Counted from the first letter of the stretch, positions 10,800 through 22,814 are shown. The stretch is 64,000 nt of DNA from Callorhinchus milii (GCF_018977255.1 NW_024704742.1:121460001-121524000); one strand, 5' to 3'. Notes: generated by a model from the sequence alone, not told the origin. Numbers and translations are program-made.

Positions 10800-13359
10800 G
10801 CTGCAGCTCTGCCCTAGTCTGTATTACTGTATTATACAGTGTAATGCTCCAGCTCTGCTCTGCATTACTGTATTACACAGTGTAATGCTCTAGCTCTGTA
10901 TTACACAGTGCAATGCTCCAGGTCTGCTCTGCCCTGATCTGTATTACTGTATTACACAGTGCAATGCTCCAGCTCTGTATTGCTGTATTACACAGTGCAA
11001 TGCTCCAGGTCTGCTCTGCCCTGATCTGTATTTCTGTATTACACAGTGCAATGCTCTAGCTCTGTATTGCTGTATTACACAGTGCAATGCTCCAGGTCTG
11101 CTCTGCCCTGATCTGTATTACTGTATTACACAGTGCAATGTTCCATCTCTGCCCTGGTCTGTATTACAGTATTACACAGTGCAATGCTCTGCTCTGCCCT
11201 GGTTGGTATTACAGTATTACACAATGCAATGCTCTAGCTCTGCCCTAGTCTGTATTACCGTATTACACAGTGCAATGCTCCAGCTCTGCCCTGGTCTGTA
11301 TTTTTTTCATAGATTCATAGAATGTTACGGCACAGAAAGAGGCCATTCGGCCCATCGAGTCTGTGCCGGCTCTTTGACAGAGCAAGTCACTTTCACTAAC
11401 CCCAATCACCAGCTTTCTCCCCATAACCCTGCAAACCCGTCTTCCCCAGATACCTATCCAGTTCTCTCTTAAAAGCTGTTATCGAATCGGACTTCACTGC
11501 CCTTTCAGGCAGATCATTCCAAATTCGAACAACTCGCTGAGTGAAAAAAATTCTTCTAACCTCCCCTCTGCTTCTTATGGTAGATATCTTAAGACTATGA
11601 CCAGCGAAAACAGCTTTTCCTTATCTAGCCTGTCGACACCTTTCATGATCTTGAAGACCTCTATCAGGTCCCCGCGTAACCTTCTCTGCTCTAATGGGAA
11701 AAGTCCTAACTTCTCCAGCCTGTCCTCATAGCTAAGGTTCCCCATTCCTGGTATCATTCTCGTGAATCTCCTCTGCACCCTTTCCAGTGCCTTAATGTCC
11801 TTCCTGAAGTAAGGTGCCCAGGACTGGACGCAGTACTCCAGCTGAGGCCTAACCAGTGTTTTGTACAGATTAACCATAACCTCCCTACTCTTATACTCTA
11901 TGCCCCTACTAATAAAGCTCAGTACACCAAATGCCTTTTTACTGCCCCGCTATTACTGTATTACACAGTGCAATGCTCTGCTCTGAGCTGCTCTCTATTG
12001 CTGTATTACACAGTGCAATGCTCCAGCTCCGCCCTGGTCTGTATGACTGTATTACACAGTGCTCTGGTCTGGGCTGTATGACTATTACACAGTGCTCTGG
12101 TCTGGGCTGTATGACTGTATTACACAGTGCTCTACCCTGGTCTGTATGACTGTATTACACAGTGCAGTGCTCTGGTCTGGTCTGTATGACTGTATTACAC
12201 AGTGCTCTGGGCTGGGCTGTATGACTGTATTACACAGTGCAGTGCTCTGGTCTGGGCTGTATGACTGTATTACACAGTGCAGTGCTCTGGTCTGTATGAC
12301 TGTATTACACAGTGCAGTGCTCTGGTCTGGGCTGTATGACTGTATTACACAGTGCTCTGGGCTGGGCTGTATGACTGTATTACACAGTGCAGTGCTCTGG
12401 TCTGTATGACTGTATTACACAGTGCTCTACCCTGGTCTGTATGACTGTATTACATAGTGCAGTGCTCTGGTCTGTATGACTGTATTACACAGTGCAGTGC
12501 TCTGGTCTGTATGACTGTATTACACAGTGCAGTGCTCTGGTCTAGTCTGTATGACTGTATTACACAGTGCTCTGGTCTGTATGACTGTATTACACAGTGC
12601 TCTGGTCTGTATGACTGTATTACACAGTGCTCTGGTCTGTATGACTGTATTACACAGTGCAGTGCTCTGGTCTGGTCTGTATGACTGTATTACACAGTGC
12701 AGTGCTCTGGTCTGGTCTGTATGACTGTATTACACAGTGCAGTGCTCTGGTCTGTATGACTGTATTACACAGTGCTCTGGTCTGGTCTGTATGACTGTAT
12801 TACACAGTGCAGTGCTCTGGTCTGTATGACTGTATTACACAGTGCAGTGCTCTGGTCTGGGCTGTATGACTGTATGACACAGTGCAGTGCTCTGGTCTGT
12901 ATGACTGTATTACACAGTGCTCTGGTCTGTATGACTGTATTACACAGTGCAGTGCTCTGGTCTGTATGACTGTATTACACAGTGCAGTGCTCTGGTCTGT
13001 ATGACTGTATTACACAGTGCAGTGCTCTAGTCTGTATGACTGTATGACACAGTGCTCTGGTCTGGGCTGTATGACTGTATGACACAGTGCAGTGCTCTGT
13101 ATGACTGTATTACACAGTGCTCTGGGCTGTATGACACAGTGCAGTGCTCTGGTCTGTATGACTGTATTACACAATGCTCTGGTCTGTATGACTGTATGAC
13201 ACAGTGCAGTGCTCTGGTCTGTATGACTGTATGACACAGTGCTCTGGTCTGTATGACTGTATGACACAGTGCTCTGGTCTGTATGACTGTATGACACAGT
13301 GCTCTGGTCTGTATGACTGTATGACACAGTGCTCTGGTCTGTATGACTGTGCTCTGGGC
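10800..13359. repeat. Minisatellite with core (A)CTGTATTACACAGTGC, interrupted by a CR1 fragment
   Basis: Dozens of tandem units. Left part has ~36/51-nt units; right part has 30/35/40-nt units. Four perfect GCTCTGGTCTGTATGACTGTATGACACAGT copies at 13211-13330. Confidence 0.98.
11302..11945 (-). mobile_element. CR1 LINE 3' fragment inserted into the minisatellite
   Basis: Open 100-aa ORF LYKTLVRPQLEYCVQSWAPYFRKDIKALERVQRRFTRMIPG...RRLRGDLIEVFKIMKG and an (ATTCTATG)-type tail at 11304-11325. Confidence 0.95.
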
Positions 13360-13630
13360 TCGGAGATGACTTGTACAGTCACGTGGTGCAGTGCCGCGCG
13401 GCCCGGGGGGGGGGGTGTGGCGCATGCGCGGCGAGGAGCGGCGGCCCTGTTCCGGTCCGTGTGGCTCAGGTGAGGCGGCGCTCCGGGTCCTGGTCCCGGG
13501 TCCCCGGGTCGGGAGGAGGAGGAGGAGCGCTCTCCCTCCGGCGGTGCCCGAGAGCGAGGCCCAGGCCCAGGGAGGGTGACAAGGCAGCCGCGGGTTCGGC
13601 TCCAGACCACAGCCGAGCGCGGGTGTGAGA

Positions 13631-13790
13631 GGCCCGGGGCCGGGGCCGGGGCGGTGGGGAGGGGAGGGGAGGCCCGGGGCCGGGGCCGGGGCGGAGGGGA
13701 GGCCCGGGGCCGGGGCCGGGGCGGTGGGGAGGGGAGGCCTGAGTGCCGGGGCCGGGGCGGTGGGGAGGGGAGGGGAGGCCTGAGTGCCGG
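13631..13790 (+). repeat. G-rich tandem repeat of GGGGCC and GGGGA modules in SMIM15 intron 1
   Basis: About four 30-44-nt units such as GGCCCGGGGCCGGGGCCGGGGCGGTGGGGAGGGGAGGGGA. Confidence 0.9.
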
Positions 13791-14139
13791 TCCCAGGGTC
13801 AGGGTCTGTCCCGCAGCCTCTCAGCAAAACCCCCGGCGGTGCCGACCGTTACCTCTTACACCCGCAGTGGGTGTCTGTCTGTGCGTCTGCAAATCACTGC
13901 GACAACGGACGGTGGTCCCCCCCCCCCCAGTGCCGAAGGGGCCGTCGACAGTAATAAATGTTGGGGCACCAGAGAAAAGGCTCTCTGTGGTGATTTTTTT
14001 TTTGGGGGGTCTCGTGTACGGTTTTACACGTGTGCAGTTTATGGATTTATCCACCAAGTGGATCCCGCTTCGTGCTTTGGACGGAGACTTCGACTTCTCG
14101 CCATTTTTTTCGCATTCCGGAAGGACCCGGAGGGCAGAC

Positions 14140-14372
14140 GGGGAGAGACCGTTCGGACCCGGAGACTTGACCCGGTCCGGAAAGCGCCGCCTGAAAAGGG
14201 CGGCAGAAGCCGATTCGAGAGTAGCTTTCGAAAGGGAATTGGATCGGTACTCGAAAGGGGGAAAAAAAGTGGGGGGGAGTGGGACTGGTTGGGTCGCTCT
14301 TACAAAGAGCCGGCGCAGGCACGGCGCGCCGGGCCGAATGGCCTCCTTCTGTGCCGTAAGATTCTATGATTC
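14140..14372 (+). mobile_element. CR1 3' remnant within the CpG island
   Basis: AAAGAGCCGGC...GGGCCGAATGGCCTCCTTCTGTGCCGTAAGATTCTATGATTC matches the reverse complement of 11304-11375. Confidence 0.85.
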
Positions 14373-14892
14373 CTCAGTATGTTGAGAGAGGGAGAGTACG
14401 TTTTATTTTATACCTATTGGTTCCCCCATTTATGTACTGCATTATTTCCTGCATCGAGCTTACGATCGAGCACATCATTTAGTTTTGGTTATCCTACCTT
14501 TCGCGGTGGGTGCGGAGCGCTCAGGAAAGGCCAGCGAAGCGATGCGAGGGTGATTCTAGGTCATGAAGGTACTTTTTTTTTCCCCCCCCAACTTATTTTC
14601 CCTGAAGAAAATCTTGAAGGGAGATGCAATCCCACGCATTTAAAACGAGGCATCAATTATGTGGATGTAAGATTATTGTTCAACTTGAACTGTGGAGTTC
14701 TCAGTTTGAAATCACTTCATTTTATGTTCCCACATTTTGATTGGCGCTTGAAAAAAGAACTGAATAAACATGTGGTTGAATAAATGGAATTGTAGGTTAC
14801 GTGGAGTATGGACAGATGGTCAAATACTCATTGAGTATGGTAGTTTTTATGCTGCTGTGACAAAAGGAACTGTGGTTGGTACTACTGTAGTA

Positions 14893-14955
14893 CAGCGCCT
14901 TGGGATGTCCTCCCGACGTGAAAGGCGCTATACAAATGTAATCTTGTTGTTGTTG
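14893..14955 (+). mobile_element. Minimal L2 3'-end insertion with a ~21-bp flanking duplication
   Basis: CAGCGCCTTGGGATGTCCTCCCGACGTGAAAGGCGCTATACAAATG...TTGTTG, flanked by GTGGTT-nnn-ACTACTGTAGTA at 14872-14892 and 14958-14978. Confidence 0.85.
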
Positions 14956-16667
14956 TAGTGGTTACCACTACTGTAGTAACCAGCCAATGTTACCAAGGAA
15001 TAGACTTTAAAATATTGTTAAATTACATCAGAAAATTGTTTTTTCTGTCTAGGCTGATCTTAACCAACAGTTTGTAAACAAAAAGTATTGACACGTGTAC
15101 TGTAATGATTGGATTCAGAGATATCAGAAGATAAACTTTTTCCCAGATTCAACCTGATTCAGAATTAGTACGATGCCATTGATATTTAGTATGGAACAAT
15201 AGGCTTCCAGGCAGTTTGACATTTATTGTAGTTATGAATTAATAATACTAATAATCCTTGCATTTGATGTAGCGCCTTATCACGTCGTTGAGACGTCTCA
15301 AAGCGCTTCACAGAAAACACTGTAAAGTGAATTGACTGTTTTATGGGCGAGATTTATAAGCATTTTGGGTTCAATGGGTTAATAAGATACAATACATGTC
15401 AAAATGTTAAAATGTTTTCTTTTAACATAAAATTTAGAAACAAACATTCTCCTTTAATAGCACTTAAGATTCCATGGCTTCATTTTAGAAATCAATCAAA
15501 ACATTCAAACCGGAACAGGAGTATTTAAAAATTTCGCTATTGTTCAAAAACTTTTGCAAAATAGGTCAGTGGTGTGAAATGTGTTTTAGATATGGATTTA
15601 AAATAGTTTGAACACTTGGATTAAAATAATCACACCCACATTCTTGTGCACATTACATTTAAGATTCTGTATGTGACAGAAGTAATCCAGAACACTAATC
15701 TATTTTTAACTAAAGCTATATTTTATCCAAGGGTAACATGATGTTTGTGCAGGTACGGATCAAGCTGCGGTATTTGGCAGGAGCTTGTGACCAATGGGGC
15801 TGGGGAGGCTAGTGAGGAAGAGGTTTGAGAAGTTTAATCTGGAGGTTGACAAAGGCGGTAATGATGGTTTGGGCAATTTTTGGCTGGAGATGAGGCAAAG
15901 CTGTGGAAAAGCAGACTTGGTTTGGTTAGTTGAAGAGAGGCTGAGAAATGAGGAAGGCAGACCTGGAAGCAACTTTTGGTTTTTACTGTACAACCTACAT
16001 CAAGTTTATAATCCTTGCATTTCATATAGCACCTTATCAGGATGTTGAGGTGTCTCAAAGTACTTCACAGGATATACTGTAAAGTGGATTTACTGTATTT
16101 TGTGGACAAAAGGCAACAAGAAGATATGGCATAAATTCCTTTGATATTTGGTTCTGTAGAGGTCATGAAATTACACATCATGATAGTAGTTACTTTGGAT
16201 GGGAGAGCAGAATGTAAGTTCAAAATGTCACGGTCTACTACCTTAAAGTAACAAATGAGTTTGAGTGCCAGCACTTTCTGACATTTGAATTTTCGACCCA
16301 CGTGATGTGTTTTGTCAATTAGCAAATGGATGCCAGCTGGAATGAATCTTAGTAGCTGAGTATCTTACCTCATGGGAGGAAGAACTGACACAGGCTGCCT
16401 TGGCCTACACCAAGTGCACCACTGGGATGGCTCATGGTTACTAAACGAGCTTCCCCCAAGGGAGGGAAAACCGATGCATGCTCCAGACCACACTAAGTGT
16501 CTCTCTGGGAAGCTCTGTGGTACCGAATCAGCTTATCTCAAGAGAGAGACAAAACTGACGAGAGCTGCTTTGCCTCACGGCAAGTGCCCCAGTTAAGAAC
16601 AGAATATCTTTAATAGGGGAGTTGTGAAGAAGTGGACAGGATGGACATCTCTGCCAGGATGGGTAAA

Positions 16668-16967
16668 AATAAATAAATAATCCTTGCATTTGATGTGGCG
16701 CTTTTCACGTCTTAGAGATGTCTCAAAGTGCTTCACAGAATATACTGTAAAGTGAATTGACCGTATATTTGTGGGCGAAACATGGCAGCCAATTGAGCTC
16801 AGCAGTGTCCAACAAACAGTCGTGGATTGAGTTGACCAATTTATTATTGGTTTTTTTCTTGAAGCTTTACTATCAGGCTTGCTCAAGATTTTGCCCTCCT
16901 GGGAATCGAACACCAGTTTCTTACTTGCGAGGCAAGTGCTCCCAACCACTGAACTACAGGACTCCAC
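16668..16967 (-). mobile_element. Full-length tRNA-derived SINE
   Basis: Head GTGGAGTCCTGTAGTTCAGTGG on - strand, with body and tail as in 50133-50460. Confidence 0.9.
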
Positions 16968-18412
16968 CTGAGGAATTAGTTTGTAGAGGCTGGGGAGGGG
17001 GGAAGCAAGTGTTTCACAACTCATTGCAAATCAGGCTTTGTTTCAGATAACCCAATAAGTTGCTTTCATGATTCTTGAAGCATGCATTTTTGGAATGAAA
17101 TTTCATGGCGCCCAATGAAAGAATGGCCAGTCAATCAGCTTATACGGTTTACTTAGAAGAGTACAAGTTTATTTCTGCAATATAGTTTAGAGAATAACTG
17201 AATAGACCTATTTTATTTTGACTAGAAATTGGCAGCATTGCTGAATCTTCTGTATTGCTAAATCTATACTCGCAGACTATAAATACAACTGTTTAGTGTA
17301 GTTAAAACTAAAAAAATAAGGTTTGCTGAGTTGTATTGAGGTGAATTTTGAAGGTTTTCAATTTGATTTAGAATGTCTATCTGAAATCATTATTGCTATG
17401 TTTCAGAAGGATTATGTGGCACCGTTGTAAAGATAAGATTAATAGAGTTAAGCAGCATTTAACTAGTCAAAACACTGCCTTTATAAATATTATCTGCATC
17501 AGATTCATTTTACAATTAAGCTATAAGCAGGATAGTTTGTATTCATGGCAAAACAATTGCCTTTTCATTCAGATTTAGCCACTAGAATCCAACAAAATGA
17601 ATTATAAAAATCTGGTAGTTGTTTCAGATATGTATACTCCAGATTTATTGACTTTCTGAGACATTACTGCATTGTTTTCTTTAAATATTGATATGAATCT
17701 TAACATTACATTGTTTTTGAAAGATTGGTATGTAGAATGTTTAGCTGATATGCTTGTTTTTGAAAATGCAGGTTACAACTAAAAGCATTTCTTCACTCGA
17801 GTTGAGAATGTGGAATGTATTGCCACAGAAGGCTAATTGATTGAGATATTTAATGGGGGTGGATAGATATTTGGGGAGCACATTAAAAGGTATGGGGGAG
17901 GGCTGGAAATGTGGGAAAGTTGGATTAAAAGACCTGAAACTACTCAACAACTGAGAGGGCATGATATTGATTTCCAAGTTTCTATTTTATTTCATTGTGA
18001 TTCTTGCATTAGAAAAGTAAAGCTTTTTAAAATCAACATTCTGAAACATAATACTGATTGGGTTTAATTGGGCATTACAATAAGAATCTCAATGTTAACT
18101 TTAGGTAAATGAGCAATAAGCAAATTTGTCTGATTGGGAGGAAATGTCGGCAGTGGACCTTTCTAACTATGTGGTAAATCTGAAAGACTAGCGACAGTCT
18201 GACACTTGTGGAGATATCCATGAAGCAGTTTATTCCACCATTCTGACTGAAGAGAATGTGGATTAGGGATGATATCTTAGTGGGGAGAAGAATTGGAGGA
18301 AGGAGAATAACAACAAGTAACATTTAAGTCATTGAACTAATTTTAACATCTGTAATTTGCGGTATTGACTCTAATGCTATCTCTTTGCTTTTCAGATCTT
18401 CGTGTAAACAAG

Positions 18413-18637
18413 ATGTTGGACATAAGAGGTTGGGCAACATACATTGTTGAATGGGCTGCTAAAGACCCCTATGGTTTCCTTTCAACCGTGATTTTGGCGC
18501 TAACCCCCCTATTCCTAGCAAGTGCTTTGTTGTCATGGAAACTGGCAAAAATGATTGAGGCCAGGGATCGAGAGCAGAAGAAGAAACAAAAGCGTCAAGA
18601 AAATATTAGTAAAGTAAAGAGGGTAAAGAAGGATTAA
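18413..18637 (+). CDS. SMIM15: Small integral membrane protein 15, complete 74-aa CDS in a single coding exon
   Basis: Translates [74 protein letters not shown], which I recognise as SMIM15 (one TM helix, basic C-terminus). Preceded by branch-like CTAAT (18371), a pyrimidine tract and acceptor AG at 18394-18395, so the exon starts at 18396. Confidence 0.97.
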   Translation: MLDIRGWATYIVEWAAKDPYGFLSTVILALTPLFLASALLSWKLAKMIEARDREQKKKQKRQENISKVKRVKKD

Positions 18638-19564
18638 AAATGTAACCAGCAAACCTTCCCTTTCTTGAACTGAAATGCAGCTTTGTTTGACTATTTCAGA
18701 TTCACATTTATATTTGGCAATAACTAATGGACAACACCATACCACAGTTACTGATTCATTGGACATGTGCTTCTATTCCCCATGTTCTATGTTTGGATTT
18801 TATGATATGCTTCAGAACTAATTTTCTACTTGTGTACTATTTGCTACTTGAAATAACTGTATACACTTGCATTCCTCATGTTCTTGATTCATAAAATCTG
18901 GTTTTATAACAATGAACTCGCACATTGCACTGAAGTGAACATTTTCTGTTTGTCAGTAATTCATTCATAAAAGCCAATGCTTGAATGTTCTGATTCTGAT
19001 GAAAATTATTCTGATTTTGTTCCTAAAATATTCACAAAATACATTCAGTTCTATTCAGCAAACAATCTTAATTCAACACAGAAGTGAAATGTTAAGTTCT
19101 TATCATCATGGTGGCTATATGTTCAGGAAGTCAGTACAGCACTTGGTGAACTTCATAAGTTTACAAATGTGCATCAGTTTTAATTAATGTTCAGATCCAT
19201 CATTGTCATTTGTAGGTGACACTATCAAAGTGTGGTTCTTTTGCATCTCTATAAACAAAAGTCTTGCCAGACTTGCTTTCCAGTGCCAGACCATTTTATG
19301 GGGTACTGTTGAAGTCTTATCTAAAAATACTATTAGCATAGAAAATGTTTGGGACCTATTGAATGGAACCAGTTTAATACAATGACCAGCCCAGGCACCT
19401 AAGTTTCTCCCCATGCCACTCGGAATCCAGTATGTATGTACTAAGAACATTAGTATAGAGTAGTTATAGATACACTACTCTTAAATAATTGGAATTTGCA
19501 CTAGTTAATAAGCTATGTTTTATAAGGGTGTGATTTTGTATAAAATTCTACATTTGATTTTTTT

Positions 19565-19570
19565 AATAAA
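19565..19570 (+). terminator. Candidate polyadenylation signal for SMIM15
   Basis: AATAAA about 930 nt after the stop, following an AU-rich UTR-like stretch. A second AATAAA lies at 20123-20128. Confidence 0.45.
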
Positions 19571-20425
19571 GTAGAATTCTGCCCATCTCCATGTCTTCTT
19601 GGAAAATGGCTACATGCTATTTGAAAGTTGCATTGATCTTTAGTAGCATTATGTATTGAGAGTTGATGGAACAAATCTCATTCCCCGCCAGAGTGCATAG
19701 GTGAACAGGGCTGACCACTAATCGCGAGCGAGGTGTTTAGGTGGACAGTGGTGAGGTGACGATTCCCTGTTGATTCTTGGCTACTCCAACTATGTGGGTG
19801 AGGAGAAGTGGAGGGGGGTGCATCTTGTGTTTTCCCCTGTTCCATGCACACTTTGCAGATTGCTTGCTCAGATTGATAGATGTTCAAGAGATGCATTGTC
19901 CACATGCATGTTCATAGTTTTTTTTTTTCAGCTTTCAATATTTGAAGGGATGCACTATTTTATTGCTGGAACTCAGGAAGTGCGTAAGCTGCTGGAACAC
20001 CTTTGCCTTGTTGACAATATACAAAGTCAGAATGAGATCAGCTAGTAGGCATTGTAGCCTTCAACTTCCATAGCTCTAGGGTTTCTATCCAGGATAAGTT
20101 GACATGTTTAGATGACAGTGTAAATAAAATATAGGATAATTGTGTGGTAAATACAATTGGCTTGTCACATTGCGCAATTCTGTCTTCAACATTTTTCTCT
20201 TAACTGATATTTGTACTGCCTGTGTCAACATGCCAAAATTATTGGATGAACAAATTACACTGAAACTATTTAAGTGTGTGCTGCTATATCTCTTAAGCTC
20301 TGATAATGCTCTTTAGTTCATTATATTATTATTGTTGAACAAGTGTTTTATATTAAGATGGTTAAAGCTGTGATCATGTGGTTTAAGCAAAGGAAAAGGA
20401 TGTTTGGATACAAAACCTTGTGAAA

Positions 20426-20473
20426 CAAATAGTAAACCGTTCACGCTTCCAAATAGTAAACCGTTCACGCTTC
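20426..20473. repeat. Perfect 24-bp tandem duplication
   Basis: CAAATAGTAAACCGTTCACGCTTC occurs twice in tandem. Confidence 0.95.
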
Positions 20474-22814
20474 TGCTTGTGTCATGGCCACATTTTTAGT
20501 AGCCTATTTTTAGGCTTTTGTCAGTACGAGTAACGCATTGAAGGTGTGTATTGGATGCCAGGTTGAAGAATTAATGTTTTAGATAAAAGTGTAAAAATAA
20601 TAAGTGGTTTCTTATATTTTGATTCTTTTTTTAATTCTTCCCCCCCCCTCAAAGAAAACATGGTTTAGGCCTGATCGCTGGGAGGTGCGCAAATCCTCAG
20701 ATTTTCCATTCTTCAGAGGAAATGTTGCCCCATATCGTCTGACTGAAATCAGGAAATTGTGGGACACAACTAAATATATTACTATTATAATAATCTTTGC
20801 ATTTGATAATGGGCCTTTTGTTTGTGGAGGATGACAGGATTTACTATAAAGTGTACAGACAGTTTATTTCATAGTGAAATGCTATTTTATTTTACATCAA
20901 CAGACCTCAATAGCAACAGTATTGTTTTAAACTTCATGGTGAGCATTCTACAAAACAGCCTACTGTAATTTGTTGTTCTTGATGTACTAAATCAATGTTC
21001 AGCCTTGCTGAAGCAGTAGCATTCTCGCCTCTGTCAGGAGGTTGTGGTTGCAAGCCCCACCTCAAGACTTTGAACTTGTAGGCTAGGATGATACTCCAGC
21101 CTAGTGCTGGGAGAGTGCTGCAATGTCAAAGGTGCTATCCTTCGACATGCAGGCGGCTATTTTTAAGGTTAGATGGAAACGCATGGTCTTTGAGTCTCAT
21201 ATGGATGTAGAATCTTGAGAATTCCATAAATAATGATGCCAGAGGAGAATAACTGGAAGCCCACCAGTTTATCCATCTGCTATCTATTAAATTAGATACA
21301 ATTTAAAGTCTTCCACATGGTTCTTCATATGTTGGAAATTTATGATTTTTAATTGTGCCAAGTACAACAGAAAGCAGGTTCCCTTATCCAATGATTTACT
21401 TGAGTTGGTGCAATATTCAGCTCTTTGGAAGTGTGGGTGCCCTTTTGCCAAATATTTTCAAATTACAATTGTTTTTTGGTCATTAAACACAATACAACTG
21501 TACTCTTGACTGGTTGAGATGATGCCAGTGTCTAGCAAAAATGTATCTTCTAACCTGGGAATTATTCATTTCCTCCGTGGCTTAATGTGGCTAGATTCTA
21601 TGCTGTTTTATGGACTCACACATATATTAACGCAAAATTTAACCACCTACATAAGATGTTTAAGCCAACCTACAATTGGCTTTGATAAAATATCAACCAT
21701 GTGCAATATGTTCCATGCCCCATGCACCCAAGGGACCATGAAAACCTTAGCCGTCTCTAGATAAGATCCTTTTCCGTCGTGCTCAAATTTCTCATCTAGG
21801 AGTGGCTATACTCATCTCATGAAAATCACCCCAGCTCCCAGTAAGAGTCAACCATAACAACTTGCACTTATATAATGCCCTCCATGCAGGCTAGTGTCTC
21901 AGAGTGCTTAACAGTGACGGAGCCTGACTCTGAACCGGGATGGGCGGTAGTAGAAGAGGAAAGTTTTCAGACTGGACTTGAAAAAGGAGAGAGGGGGCAA
22001 GGCGGAGGGATTGAGGGAGAGTGTTCCAGAGTCATGTACAATCTACCTTCCCATGGGCTTCACGTGAAACATTTAAACTCTTGAGAGAACGTTGACCTAA
22101 ATTTCATCGCCCTGCCCTAAACTCAGTTCCGCAAAACAGCAAAATGTACAGTTTAAACCCTGGACGGTCACTCTATAGATGTTGCTTTAAAAGTTGCCAG
22201 AGTATTCTGGCCAAATTGATGGGGTAATATTAAAAGCTGTATCTGTTGCTTAATGAAAATAATGCTATTCACTTTTTTAATAATTCATTGGTGGACATGT
22301 AAAGAGTAATATGACGGTAACGGATTGCATTGCTCAGTGCAGAATTCAAAGTAGAATATTGGGCTCACATGTCATTATATAAATGTAATGATGGGAGAAG
22401 CTTGGTGGAGGTAGTGACTGAAATTCTAACTCATTGTGACGTTACCATTTTTCAGCTACTGCAGCGGAAAATGTAAGCTCTTGCTTTTGATTGGTTTGCA
22501 AAATACTTGATCTACTTTACAGGGTGCTTTGCGCAATGGGACAGCTGATTTGCCCACTGAAGGAAGACCTGGATTTGATCATTGTTGATATATTGGTGTC
22601 GAGGCAAGAGTTTGTGGATACATGGGAAAAGATGGCAGTGTACTAGTAGAGCAGTACTAGTCAAAACCAAACCAGCCCTTTTGTACTGTCAGAACATGGG
22701 CCGGCTCATTAAATTAGTAGAACTTGAAAAGTTAAGTAAATAAAAATGCTGTGAATTTTATGATGTTGCGAATTAGTTCTTTGAGGGTCTCTAAATTTGT
22801 TGCAGGGAACCAAG

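Larger units (their letters stand above)
13361..14372 (+). promoter_or_regulatory. SMIM15: CpG island, promoter and non-coding first exon of SMIM15
   Basis: Abrupt GC/CpG-rich segment. E-box GTCACGTG at 13378-13385, NRF1 palindrome GCGCATGCGC at 13420-13429, ETS-like TTCCGG at 13450-13455, donor CAG|GTGAGG with GT at 13470-13471. Assignment to SMIM15 is inferred from position. Confidence 0.8.

Noticed and set aside
11950..13350. CRISPR-like regular repeats
   Set aside because: There are no unique spacers and no cas genes, and the context is vertebrate; this is a plain tandem array.
11931..13473. Many overlapping Cys-rich repetitive ORFs (LYDCITQCS, MTVLHSA)
   Set aside because: They are translations of the minisatellite, open in several frames on both strands, with no splice or start context.
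13027..14385. Long ORFs of 200-270 aa across the CpG island
   Set aside because: Stop-poor GC-rich and repeat-derived sequence, partly CR1. Low-complexity Gly/Arg/Pro products with no recognisable domain.
15040..15090. Possible extra non-coding SMIM15 exon (acceptor TTTTTTCTGTCTAG at 15052)
   Set aside because: No convincing matching donor; cannot be supported without transcript data.
18365..18412. N-terminal extension of SMIM15 in the ORF track (90 aa)
   Set aside because: Mostly the intron branch point and pyrimidine tract plus short 5' UTR. The conserved start is the ATG at 18413.
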